A stretch of DNA of 59,214 nucleotides, filler included, from Ionaspis alba (lineage: Eukaryota): assembly GCA_964255285.1 (NCBI GenBank). It is 4 parts of 4 records of this genome, joined end to end, with 100 filler letters (N's around TTAATTAATTAA, not from the genome) between each part and the next. Parts side by side here need not be neighbours in the genome. Positions count along the whole stretch, not along the records: positions 29,702 to 44,409 come from CAXUUL010000403.1; positions 44,510 to 59,214 come from CAXUUL010000404.1; 2 more parts are not named here. One strand, written 5' to 3'. The position numbers and the translations under genes are program-made. Below, piece by piece: positions 37,079 to 50,200 of this stretch. The notes under the pieces were generated by a model that had not been told where the DNA came from, did not search any database, and saw nothing but the letters and a program-made list of their open reading frames with translations. Within the stretch, counting starts at the first letter, position 1; every line of letters starts with the position of its first letter.

Positions 37079-39577
37079 CTACTCTTCATCCGGAAAGTCC
37101 TCCCTCCATGCCTCGGGATCGAAATATTCATCCACCAAATGATTATACTCATGTGGGTCTCGATCACTAAGGCTGAGCTTTTCCCCGACAGGGCTCGTCT
37201 CGCGATTGGTGTTGCGCCGATGCTGACGGAAATCGGGGTCTCCTCCAGGAAAGAACTCCTCGTTACGCGCCGTGTACGGGTAGAACTGATCGATAGTTGG
37301 TGGAGTCACTATCTGGTTTTCACACGGGAACTGCATATCGATGAGAGGTACTGGTCCGTCGGGTGGCTGATAAAATCCGGTCGGCATATCGTTGATCTCG
37401 TTGTTGATATACCAGACACGAAAGCGGTCTGGGTTCCGCCTTACTCGCTTCCTGCAGGAGTACCAACCATGAAACGTAACATTGTAGAGCACGATAGTGG
37501 TGGGCCGATCACGAGGATCTTGAGCAAGACATTTGCAGAGAAGCTCAACGAGGGTGGCCGTGTAGGGAGGGTAGCGGTCCGCTGGTATATCGAGCATACC
37601 ATCGTCCCTGAGGGCGGTAAAGTTCTCGAGCGTCAAGGCCCGATACATGACCGCTCCAAGTTGGTAGACATTCGTCCAGCTGCCAAGCGGGTAAGGTCGC
37701 GCTTCCGAGTGATCAGTGAAGTCGTCTTCATCGGGGGCATCGGACGGTGGTGCCAAGCCCATATCCTGATACGTTGTTGCTTCGTGTTGTTCCTAGAAGA
37801 CAGAGTGTAAGTGCTTAAATCATCTGCCAAAATTTCGCACTTACCGGTGCATCATATATAACACGGATGTCCTCATGATATTTTCTTGGATTATCGGGGT
37901 CGCCATCGTAGGTCTCGAAAGCATGTCCGAAATCACCCAGTGCTACTATTGGGTACCAAGGCGCTTCATTCGGCGGTTCAGCGAAAAGGTTTGGATCCTC
38001 GAGGAGTACTAATTAGTCTTGTTAGCCATGCACCATGATTAGGTATGGCAACATCATACTATTTTCCGGACAAATATCTCGATGTACTAAAGGTTTAGAG
38101 GGTCAGCAGATAGAAGCCATAATAACGATGAAAATTGTTCGACTGACCAATTTCGCGCCACGGTGGAAGTGGACACGTCTGCTTCCACCGAAGTAGTCTT
38201 CGTTGATTAGCACTTGTATCGATACCGTCGTTGCGTTCACGTTCAGCGGCTGGCGTAGGCATCTGGATTGGACCACGACTACCATCATACGAGGTGAGTT
38301 GGTCTTTCATCCATTCATTGGTGCCTCCCTTTTTAGGCACGGCAATACCAACACTCCTACACATTGCCCATAAGTCCTTGCGACCAAACATACCAAAACT
38401 GAGCGCAGGGGTGGTAGCATTGTTGACACTGGTATTGACAGGTTGATTGGTTGTGTTGGCAGAGACGACCCTTCCTACGGTTGCTGCAGCATTTGCGAAT
38501 GCAGCAGCTGGATCTTGCTCGATTGGGTTGATCGAACTCTTAGTCAAAGCATCAGTAGAAGAAGGCTCATCCTCGTCTGTATCGGTAAAGTCGTTGAGTG
38601 CGGAATTGGTAGAAGAACCTGCTGATGTGTTGGATGATGCCGCAGAAGTCGAGTTGGTTGTTGCTCCTTTACTGGTCTTGACTGGAGTGTCCCGACTTCC
38701 ATCAACTCCTGGTGCTAGAACTACTTCGGTCGTACCGCCAGGCATTGCTCCGTACTGCAGGATGACAAGAGCCTTGGCCATCTGGTGGAACAAATACCAG
38801 AGGAAAGGCTCTGGGAGGTATCTTCTCCAGCGATTGTATCTCCTTATGAGAGTTTCCAAATTACCCTGCTCTAAAGCCTCAAACATGATTCGGTGCTTCC
38901 GCTGACTTGGATAGCGCATATATGAATGGAAAGGTACAAAAACTTCGTTGTCTTTCCCAAGCTTGAGTAGTCGACGGCCGATAATTACTTCGAAGGGTGT
39001 ACGATCACCACCCAGCCTATTCCATACCTTCGGAAAGGTTTCCTTTACGGCAAGAGCCTAATACAGTCAGATGAGTGCATAACCATTTAAAACGAGCTAG
39101 CTCGATCAAACCGACCTGCACTCTATTCTCGCAGCCTTCCTCCACATTTCTCGACCAGATGGCAACAAGGGACGAACCCCCTATGCCCACGGGACGGACC
39201 TGGTCCCAGTGTTGATCTTCGTCATCCGGTGTGTGTAAATCCGAGGTCAAGAATCGACTCATCGGGATGCTCCAGTGCTCTTCCTCCCACAATCGTTGTT
39301 TTCGGTTTGCTTCTACACGTACAGTAGGATCGTCGTCCTTGGATTTCCTGATGACAGAATTTGAGCCGTCAAAACCTGCAGATGTCAAAAGCATGACTCT
39401 TCGAGATTCTATTCCAAAGTCGTGGAGTTGACCGCGCCAGGTAAATTTACCCGTATCGTCTCCACTGTCGTCTCCTCCGTTGCCCGAACCATCGTGTCTC
39501 TGTCGTCCCTTACCCTTGCGCTTTTTGCTAGATCTAACATCATAATTGGGCCCACTCTTTCGTTTGTTCGAGCTCAT
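37079..39577 (-). CDS. Divergent Ser/Thr protein kinase B, tandem paralog of A, with a long insert containing a SAP-like motif; 4 introns
   Basis: Spliced: VGIGGSSLV, ALAVKE, HRIMFEALEQGNL, LPEPFLWYLF, VHRDICPEN, ALGDFG, YDAP|E, TNVYQLG, CL.QDPRDRPT. Intron positions and phases match kinase A. Confidence 0.82.
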
Positions 39578-41048
39578 TGAGACAACCAACAGAGACACAA
39601 ATAAGATAGAGAAAATAGGTGATCAGAAAAATACAGAGACGATGGGAAGGGACCAAACGATATCTACACAGCATCATCAACGCTCTGGGAGTATAAGTCC
39701 CTAGACTGCATAGCTGACCGTTCACGGATGCATTGACCATATCAACGCAATCGGGAAATCCGGTACCAAGTACCGGTATCATACGAAGACTGGAACCAAC
39801 AAAAAAACTTAGATAACTGGTGACCGTTGACGGGGAGGAGTTCATCGATTGAACCAAATGATTCCGGACTAGGTCGGAAAGCTGCGAAAGCCGAATGCGG
39901 CAAAATTGAATCATTTGCTGGGAGAACAAACACAATAGGACAATTCATTTCAAACACGGAGAGTGTGTGTGTGTGAAAGCAGAAAGCTCCTTCCGGGGCC
40001 ATCCTCAGGAGGTCGACACGAAGTTGGATAACTGCTCTGGGGCCAACGATGTGCCATGAAGTGAAAATCACCCAAATAGAGAACAGTTTATTACATGTCC
40101 ACTACCATCTGTGTGGCGATAAATGGGTAGCAAATTTATCAATCAATCCGGCAGACCTGCTTTCCCAGCTCCATCAATCATAGCTCCTGGGAGAAGTTGA
40201 TATACCAGGCATATCAGAGCAACTGGTTCACGAGAAATCACTCTGCCTTCTGGCCGAGTGAGAGCTGTCGAGATCAAGGGAATGTGGAAGAAAGTCCCGT
40301 CGGTGTGGTCCGAGCGCCAAGAGACAAAGACGCTGCCGCCAGATAGTTGTAGACGAATGATACACTTATTCTACACGTATCCAGATTGCCAGAAGGGACT
40401 TAAATTTTTCTCAGCTCTTTTCCTCCTTTGGAAGTTATTCTTGCGCTGCAAACGGCTGCTTCTTACACCAAGGACGACTGATGCATGAGAATTCACATTT
40501 TCCTTGTTCTCCTTTGTGGATGTAAGTCTTGAAACAGCGATACGCTGTCACCTGATTTGCTGCGGAGAAAATAGCAAACGGCGAAAGCGCTAATTCGATC
40601 TGGCGAAAACGGACATGAATGGATGTAACGGGCATAAAAGCCGAAGACAGCAGGCTCCAAATCATGTTTTGAGTACGTTCCCATGTTTTCGCTGCGGCTT
40701 TGCCAAGTCTCGAGCATCATAAGCACCACCTATGGAGAATCAGGAAGTGCTGAAGGTCAACCTCGAGAGGATTAGAATGAAGAGACCCTTGACTTTCTCA
40801 TGCGAGGCTCCATGGATGGCCCTTGAGTTTGTTGGCGCCTGGTATCGAGAGGTTAGAAGACATCCATTGCACCCTGTTAAATCAAGTCTGCTAGATGATG
40901 CCAGCTTCCTCATTAGGGTTAAGTTGTGCCGTGGAGTTCTCCATGATATCACTGTGAAAAACGGCGTCATAAGCGGACCCTCAATATAAGATAACCAGAA
41001 ACGCCGTCCGATTGCGAAACACCATCATTTATTTTGGAATAACCAGAA

Positions 41049-42119
41049 ATGCCATCAAACGATGAATATGATGGCACTGGGGTCTCGTATTATGAGATCC
41101 CCAAATTTCAGTTCCTTGCTGGTCCTACGCTTCCCGTCAGAGTAGCATATCGTTCCTTCAACCCATCTGCAAAAAAGGTAGCCTGCCTCCCTACATGCTA
41201 CGGCGGTCGAATAAATAATACACTCAATTATACGACTGGTGCGCTTAAAGAGTATCATGTCGTTGTCATCGCCATGTTAGGCAATGGGGAGTCCTCTAGT
41301 CCGTCCAACACCTTAGACTTTCCTCAAGTGGACTACCAGGATTGCATCAGATCACAGTATGAGTTACTGACAAAGGGACTTGGCATGAAGGAGCTAGAAG
41401 TTGTCATCGGCTTCTCCATGGGAGGGCAACAGGCTTACTATTGGGCGTGCATGTATCCAGACTTTGTTAAGAATGCGGTTGTAGTCTGTGGCTCTGCAAA
41501 AACGAGCGGGCATAACTATGCGTTTCTGGAAGGACCAAAAGCCGCACTGTTGAACAGTGTCGACTATGCCGACGGCGCGTACAAGACACGCGGAGTGAGG
41601 CCTAGCAGAGGCCTCCATGCCTTTGGACGAGCGTACTGCGCCTGGGCGCTTAGTGCAGCTTGGTTTCGAGAAAAGGGTTGGCAGAAGTTGGGAGTTGACT
41701 CCGTGGAGAAGTTCATTGACATGTGGGCGGAGGGAGCGTTTGTCTCATGGGACCCCGAAGATGTACTTGTCCTGGCAAGGATGTGGCAAGCTGGAGACGT
41801 AGGTGCTCTGCGTGGAGATGGTGATTACAAAAAGTCATTAGCGGACATCAAGGCTCGAATTTTGGTCATGCCTTCGAGAACGGATCAGTACTTTCCGTGA
41901 GCTTTTCTTGTCATCTGTAAAGGCCATGCTGATCCTCGAAACAGTCCAGAGGATAGTGAGATCGAAATGGAACATCTGAAGCATGGAGAATTGGTCATCA
42001 TTGAAACAACATGGGGCCACGTTACCGGCGGCGGCGCCAACGAGGAAGACACGAAATTCATGGACAAACATATCCATAAATTCCTGGAGTCGACTTCCTC
42101 CAGAGGTTCACATATCTAG
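41049..42119 (+). CDS. Alpha/beta-hydrolase, homoserine O-acetyltransferase (MetX)-like; intron 41897-41945
   Basis: GNGESSSPSN, nucleophile elbow GFSMGGQQAY, catalytic acid in RTDQYFP|PED, catalytic His in WGH. Stop TAG at 42117-42119. Confidence 0.85.
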
Positions 42120-42759
42120 GGCCACTTGATGAAAGTATCATGCAAAGGCGCAGAAATCATCGACAAACACTGTTTCTCTCCCTTTCTCATATACTCAAAC
42201 AGGTCTCTTGCATAGACAGATGGCAAAGAGTAGTCGCGCACGCTCAATATACTCGATTTTGGATCAATCCACGATCTTTCCTGTGGTTTTAGTCCACTGG
42301 TGAGCTCCGGTTTAAAGTAGGTAATTGGCTCTGCAGCTATACCTTCGTTACAAGTTTCCGAGTAAATGAAGGAGAAGCACAGCATTTGATGAAGCAAAAA
42401 CAAATAAAAAGGTAAGAAATGTGGTTCGGAGCATTAGTTGATGCGGCAATGTTTCAGCTGGCCCCAAAGAGCCTAGGCCTCCCGCCAACTAGTGGCGCCG
42501 ACACCTGTCAGGGTTAGAGACCCATGGGACTTTAAACTTGTTCGACATCTATTATAGCAGCTTCTTCCATACCCTCAGCGCCAGAAATTCTCTTCACCGA
42601 GTAGTATCTCATTCGCCCTTATGGCATGATGTACACACAGTCCAGGAGATTTGTGCTCATCGCATCGACTAGGACACCCTGAGGGTCCTGAAATATTGGG
42701 CTTACGACCCTTTCAAACGCGCAAAGTGGCCGCCGGAGAGCAATCCGGATTACTTCACA

Positions 42760-43942
42760 ATGGCAATCGGAAGATCATTACGGCGGACCAACCCTATCAC
42801 TCTTTGTCTCGCCGCTCTTCTAGCCATCGGGTTCTTCATCTTCGTCTTCTCATCACCCTCAGCCAGCGTCCCCCCCACTCCCCAAAAGCAGAAGCACAAC
42901 TCACCAGCTTCAAATCCGTTATCACCACCCACCGCCCCTTTCAGAAAACAAGCAAGTCAATCCAACGGACGGAGAATACCACCGCCAGTAGTTCGTTATC
43001 AGCTCAACAACCTCACAACCTCGACTGACCCAGCTGCAAATCAAGAAACCGTTCTCATTCTCACACCTTTAGCACGCTTCTACCAGGGCTACTGGGACAA
43101 TCTTCTCGCCCTCTCATACCCTCATCAATTGATCGCCCTTGGCTTCATCATTCCCAAGGGCCGAGAGGGCAACGCCGCGACTACAGCTCTCCAGGCTGAG
43201 ATTGCGAAAACCCAATCAGGATCCGAAGCCAAACGCTTTGCCAGCATCACTATCCTACGCCAGGATTTTGACGCTCCTATAATATCCCAAGACGAAGCCG
43301 AGAGGCACAAATTGGAGAATCAACGTGATCGGCGGGCAGCTATGGCTCGGGCACGTAATTCCCTTCTGTTCACGACGATGGGTCCGTCTACAGCGTGGGT
43401 TCTTTGGTTGGACTCCGACGTCGTCGAGACGCCGCCATCTCTCATACAAGATCTAGCGTCGCACGACAAGCCGATCATAGTTCCGAACTGCTTCCAACGT
43501 TACGTGGATGACGACGGTAAAAAAGCCGTTCGACCATATGACTACAACTCGTGGCAAGACAGTGACGAGGCGAGAGAGCTAGCAAAGAAGATGGGGCCAG
43601 ATGAGATACTTCTCGAGGGCTATAGGGAGATGGCGACATACAGAACGTTGATGGCGAGGATAGCGGACACGAAAGCTTCGCGAGATCAGACGAAATTGAT
43701 GCCGTTGGATGGAGTGGGTGGGACGGCGTTGATGGTCAAGGCTGAGGTGCATCGGGATGGAGCGATGTTTCCGCCTTTTGCGTTCTACCACTTAGTAGAG
43801 ACGGAAGGATTTGCAAAGATGGCGAAGAGGTTGGGGTGGAATAGTTGGGGCCTGCCGAATTACTTTGTGAGTATCTCTCGGATGGCTAAGTGCTCGATGA
43901 TGGCTCATTTGATGACTACAGGTGTATCATTATAACGAGTAG
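42760..43942 (+). CDS. MNN9: Mannan polymerase subunit Mnn9 (Anp1 family, GT62); intron 43867-43921
   Basis: Type II transmembrane anchor, VLILTP, ITILRQDF, RR.AMARARN.LL, WVLWLDSDVVETP (DxD), PYDYNSW, LDGVGGT, FP.F...HL.ETEGFAKMAKRLG, terminal VYHYNE. Confidence 0.93.
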
Positions 43943-44409
43943 ATGTCGCTGTTTCGAATGAATTATATAATTGTTTATTGCCGTTGCTCGGTTGATCAGC
44001 CAGGTGCGCCTGCTAAAGAGATGTCAACTCTCCGGTTGATTGACACTGAGGCACTGGGTGTTTAAGCTGTATAAAATACACCGGGTTGTTAAAGAATACC
44101 TTGCGTTCATGATCGCAATATTGTCATCTTCTTGACGTCTCTGAGATTTCAAAATCGCCAAATTGACGAAACATCAGGAGCTAGCAGCAGAAAAAGACTC
44201 GCTCCAGGTACTCGATCCTGGGAACACCAATACATGATACAGCTGTGCCGAGACAGAAACTTATAAGAGTTCAAATGTCTAACGCATCGTCCACGATTGT
44301 AGAGCATCGACATCCATCGAGTTGTCTCGGCAAACACTGCTGTACCTCTACAAGCACGGAGGCATTTATTTTCATCACGATCCCCTCTTCTCATCCTTCA
44401 ATACCCATC

Positions 44410-44509
44410 NNNNNNNNNNNNNNNNNNNNNNNNNNNNNNNNNNNNNNNNNNNNTTAATTAATTAANNNNNNNNNNNNNNNNNNNNNNNNNNNNNNNNNNN
44501 NNNNNNNNN
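44410..44509. other. Artificial contig-joining spacer
   Basis: N44-TTAATTAATTAA-N44. Confidence 0.97.
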
Positions 44510-44716
44510 GCCATCATCTTCAACACTCCTTTGAGGTCAGCAGGTGCTGCAGGAGTTGTAACACATTCACTCATAAGGAGCCGTGACCTAGCGAACGAAC
44601 AACATCATATCAAAACCTCAGATCTGTCGCATTACATACGATCTCAATATTGTTGATCCTTCTCACATCCTTCATCCTTCCCGAGTCTCTCGATATCACA
44701 TCACGACAAAGACAGG

Positions 44717-46681
44717 ATGGACAAGATATCGGCGAGCCACATAATCGGCAACCGCAACAGCACGCCGGAGGCATCACATTCTTCGTTACGTCCACCTTCC
44801 TCCCGGAATACCGGTAATGGCCACCACCTACGTGCGTCAGCTGATATGTCAGCTTTCACCTCCTCACCTCTATCTGGACGCAATATACGGCCCTCCTCTG
44901 AAGTGTACTTCAACCATTCGCAGCAGTCTCAAAACCAGAACAATGCCGATGAAGCTGCGGACAAGGCTGCACAACAATGGATAGCAGATATAGATCAATA
45001 TGAAACAACTCTGGAAGAGATGGCTGCAGCAACTCTCGATCAGGATTTCAAAGACGAGCTGAGTGCGATCGAACAGTGGTTCAAGGTGTTAAGTGAAGCG
45101 GAGAGGACTGCAGCTTTGTATGCACTTTTGCAACAGACTACGCAAGTGCAGATCCGTTTCTTCATCCAGGTGCTGCAGGAGATGGCGAAGAGCCATCCCA
45201 TGTCGGGTGTGTTATCGCCAGCAAATTTCGGTGAGAAAGGTCAGATTTCATTTCTCAACCACAGCGGGATGCAGCTAATCATTGTTGAAGATGCTATGTC
45301 CAACAGGTTAAGCGATGCAATGGGCAAACTCAACGTCGAAGGCTCCCGTAACTCACTTGTCCGACCGCCTCCATCTCCAGGAAACAAGAGGCATTCTGGC
45401 CTGGACGCATCTACGATCAACGCAATGTTCCCTGATGCTGCAGCAGCGATTGCAAAGAAGAAAGCCGAGTACACTCAACAGACTGGTAACGTTCCAACGT
45501 CCAACCGTAACAGCGCAGCATTTGGCGATCGCTCGTCACTCATTGCTCCAACAATTTCAGCCCCAACGGATACAAGCAAAGAGAATATTGGGCAACCCTC
45601 CCCTACTCCATGGGGACAGCGCCCGACGGAAAGACCGAAGTCTTCATCGGGACAGGCACCGATGGGACAGTTCACTCAACCTCCTCCTTCGGCGTCACTA
45701 CGCTCTCCACGTCCGACACATCTTTCTGGTAACTCGAATCTACAAAGCACGAATATTAACGTTCCCGAAAGCCATGTTTCACAGTCGGAGCTGCCCATGC
45801 TCTCACCTTACAACGTCAACGCCAGCTGGGCTTCCATGACGAATACACCAATGGTCCCGAATTTCACTACGCAACAAGCCGCCACACAGGCAGACATGGT
45901 TGCGAACGCCACAGCGATGAAATTGGCAGCCCTTTCAACCGTTAATAACCGCATCGCGCTCGATGACGTCCGCAAGTTTCGTCGAGCTCGTTCCAATGAT
46001 GGCGGCAGTGGCCAAATGCCCTTGTCTCCCGGACTTGCAGGCACCAATGTCCTTGTGGTCAACGAAAGCGGGCAGCTCCTGAACTCTCAGCCGCTAAACA
46101 CTCAACAGCTCGCAGCATTGCAGATGCAGCAGCAGGCTGCACTTACCGGCCATCGATCTCGGCCTAATTCTCCAGGTTTCGCCATACAAAGTGGAAACCT
46201 TGGCGGCATCGGCTTTGCATCACCTCAAAACAACGGTTACCTCGCGGCCTACGATGGTCAGTCCGGCCTCGGCGGTGGCATGAGCCTAGGACAGTATGGA
46301 ATGACGCATGGTGGCGGTCATGAAGGCTACATATCCGATCATTCCGACATGGCGCGTGGACGCTCTCCCAGAGGGAGACGTGGCACTTCTAAGCCGCCAG
46401 AAGATCCTACCGACCCAACTCTACTGCAGGATATCCCGAGCTGGCTGAGGAGTTTGAGATTACACAAATATACGGACAATCTGAAGGACTTGAAGTGGAC
46501 TGAGCTGGTTGAGCTTGATGACAAGGGTCTGGAAGATCGTGGCGTCAATGCCTTGGGTGCGAGACGGAAAATGCTCAAGGTTGGTTTGTTGGTCACTTCT
46601 CCCTCACTTAGGTACTGACCTGTCGTCTAGGTCTTTGAGCAAGTACAGGAAGCAAAGGCGCAAGGGAAGCTCCAGGCTTAG
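44717..46681 (+). CDS. VTS1: SAM-domain RNA-binding protein Vts1 (Smaug family); introns near 45240-45290 and 46580-46630
   Basis: [31 protein letters not shown] and C-terminal [21 protein letters not shown]...L...[15 protein letters not shown]. Confidence 0.93.
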
Positions 46682-47209
46682 CCTTAGTGTCGAAGGGTTT
46701 CACAATGCAGAACATGTGGTTCTGGGGAGGGAAATATCGATTCGTTGAGCGCGGCATCAAGAACCTCGGAAAATTGCATCTCGACTCTGTTGATCCGGGG
46801 GGTTCTGCATAGGTTACGTCCGGGACGAAATTCTAATCGTGTTCGTTTTGGTATGGCTTCTTCCATGGCTGTCTTTCTTTGTATCGAAATAGGCCCGGCA
46901 GGGGTGATACCTATGAACATACACCTAATAATTCATGATGACATTTGAGAGTTGAAATTGTCAACCCACGCGAATCGATGGTGTGATCAATGAAATGTTT
47001 GAAGGAGTCTGAAGTCCATCATACTATGAGTTACCCTAAGAGAATCTATCAAGTTCTGTAAACATCACCCAACTATACAAGCATCTACAAGCCTCTATCC
47101 TTCAATACCTTGAAGCCAAAATCTCAAACCGCTCGCGGAAATATCCTTAGACCATGGTATCATAGTTACGAAGCCAGCATAAATCAAACTTTTCACGCAG
47201 TCTAGCTCC

Positions 47210-50200
47210 TCAATTATGACTCCCGATGAAATCGCTCCACCTGCGCACCTCCGGCGGGATACCTTCCTTTCGCGGGAGCCTGGCGTTCATGCACTGCGCG
47301 AAGAGGAGGGCAGTCTAATCGGAATCAGCCTAATATCTCATGAGACCAAACAGGGACAGAGGTAGACTTACCTTGGGCTCCATAAACAGCGGCACCCCAA
47401 AATCAACCGCATTTCTCCTCATCACATAGTCCTTATCAAGCAGCGACTCCGCACGGCGACTTGCGAGGTTGAAAACCCCTCGAATATCATACTTCTGGAA
47501 GACCTCTCGCAGCGCTCTCTTATCTTTGACCGGGAACTCAATAACCTCAACCGACACCCTGTCCTTGGCCGTCGACTCCAAGTGCTCTTTCACTTCCTGG
47601 CTTGCAGCAAACAGCTTGTACCCCAGCGGATGAAGGTAGTTCACAATCTCGCTCAATTCGGACTTCGAAACATCGCCTCCGAACAGCAATCCCTCGCCAG
47701 GCTCAGGCACGCGGAAGTTCATGGTAGATTGAAGAGAACTCCAATAGGCCTCAATGAGATCTTTGCCGAAGCAGGCAATCTCTCCTGTGCTAGACATTTC
47801 TACACCCAAGAACGGATCTGCACCGGCGAGTCGGGTCCAAGAGAACTGCGGTACCTTTGTCGCGAGGTAATCCCTCTTGACAGCCATCAGGTCTTGAGGT
47901 TCAGGGACATCGCGGCCGATGAGAGCTTTTGTGGCAATGTTGATGAAATTGGTTCCGAGAACCTTGCTAACAAAAGGGAAGGAGCGGGAGGCACGAAGAT
48001 TACATTCAATGACCTTGAGGGCAGGCTCGCCACCAGCTGGGTCATTTGCTTTAATGATTTGCATGTTGAAGGGGCCAGTGATGCTCCAAGCTTTTGCGAC
48101 TTTCTCGGCAATGGTCTTGACCCTGGCCATAACGCTAGCATCAAGGTTCACAGGGGGTAGGATGAGAGTGGCATCGCCTGAATGGACACCTGCTTCTTCG
48201 ACGTGCTCACTGACGGCGTGAACGATCAGCTTACCCGCGGATCCCACGGCATCGACGTCGATTTCTTGGGCTCCCTCAATGAACTTCGTAATAACCACGG
48301 GATGATCTGGGGACACAGCACTCGCGGATACCAGTTTCTCCTGCAGCTCGTCCTGGCTCCGGATCACGCTCATGGCTGCTCCAGACAAGACGTAACTTGG
48401 TCGAACAAGTACAGGATAACCGACCTCGTCTGCAAATGACTGGGCATCAGTCACTGATGTAAGTTCCTTCCATGCCGGTTGGTCAACGCCAATGCTGTCC
48501 AGTATCTGGGAAAATTTATGGCGATCCTCCGCTTTATCGATATCGAGCGGATCAGTGCCAAGAACGTGAGCCTTTCCAGTTTCTTGTAGCCGAAGGGCAA
48601 TATTCTGCGGTAACTGACCACCAACCGAAACAACCACGCCGCTGGCAGATTCTAACTCGTAGATGTCCATGACACGTTCATAACTCAGTTCTTCAAAATA
48701 CAGCTTATCGGCTGTATCGAAATCGGTGCTGAACGTNNNNNNNNNNNNNNNNNNNNNNNNNNNNNNNNNNNNNNNNNNNNNNNNNNNNNNNNNNNNNNNN
48801 NNNNNNNNNNNNNNNNNNNNNNNNNNNNNNNNNNNNGAGATATCAAAAGGAAAACCTCCAACTTACATTGATCATGACAGTCTTCTTCCCCATCTCTTTG
48901 AGCGAGAGCGTAGCATTGACAGCACACCAATCGAATTCCACGGAGCTTCCAATACGATAGACGCCACTTCCTAATATGATGGTTCCATGATCGTCGAAAG
49001 TCACATCGTGAGATGTAGCATTGTATGTGGTGTAAAGGTAATTCGTGTCAGCCGGGAATTCGGCAGCCAGTGTATCAATCTTCTTCACAAAAGGTCGAAT
49101 CCCAAATCCTTTCCTTCGTGCTCGGACTTCGTCTTCTGTACTTCCGACACACATCGCAATCTGCTTGTCTGAGAAGCCCATTTTCTTGGCCTTACTAAGA
49201 AGCTCTTGTTTCAGACCAAAAAGACTGCCAATATCCTCAAGCTCACGGTATACGTCGACGATGTTCTGCAACTTGAACAAAAACCACTTATCGATCTTTG
49301 TGAGCTCGTGGACTTTGTCGACGGAGTAGTTCTCGTGGAGCATCGCTTGGCCGACTGCAAGCCATCTTCGATCAGTCGGGTTACGTAGCGTCGCATCTAG
49401 ATCGTCGAATTTGTCGCCTTGGAAGCCAACATATTTGGGATCTACCTGGCGGATGGCCTTTTGGATGGACTCTTCGAACGTTCGTCCTATAGCCATGACT
49501 TCACCCACGGACTTCATCGCGCTACCAATGTCGCGCTTGACATGCTGGAACTTGCTCAAATCCCACCTGGGAATCTTTGTGACAATGTAATCAAGACTCG
49601 GTTCAAAGTTCGCCGTAGTGGTCTTCGTGACCGCGTTTGGCAGTTCGGGCAAGGTGTGTCCAAGTCCAATCTTTGCTGCCGTGTAGGCTAATGGGTATCC
49701 AGTAGCTTTTGACGCGAGAGCAGATGATCTTGACAAACGAGCGTTGACCTCGATGACTCGGTAGTCAAGCCCATCAGGCTGAAGAGCGTATTGGACGTTG
49801 CATTCTCCCACGACCCCGAGATGTCGGACGATCTTGATTGCAGCAGTTCTGAGCATGTGATACTCTTCATCGCTGAGCGTCTGACTGGGAGCAACGACAA
49901 TACTGTCACCGGTGTGGATACCCAACGGATCGAAGTTCTCCATATTGCACACTGTGATGCAATTGTTTGCTGCATCCCTTACCACCTCATATTCCACCTC
50001 TTTCCATCCCTTCAAAGATTTCTCAACAAGAATTTGGGGCGATAGTGACAGGGACTGAGAAGACAGATTCCTCAGCTCCTCCTCGTTGTTCGCGAATCCA
50101 GAGCCCAGACCTCCTAGTGCGTAAGCAGACCGAACAATGATGGGGTATCCAACTTCTTCGGCAGCCTTCAAAGCTTCATCCACAGTACCGACTGCGATAG

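Noticed and set aside
36926..37810. 294-aa plus-strand ORF
   Set aside because: Antisense shadow of the last exon of kinase B, with a non-ATG start and no motifs.
39963..39975. (GT)n microsatellite
   Set aside because: Only about 6 units; unremarkable.
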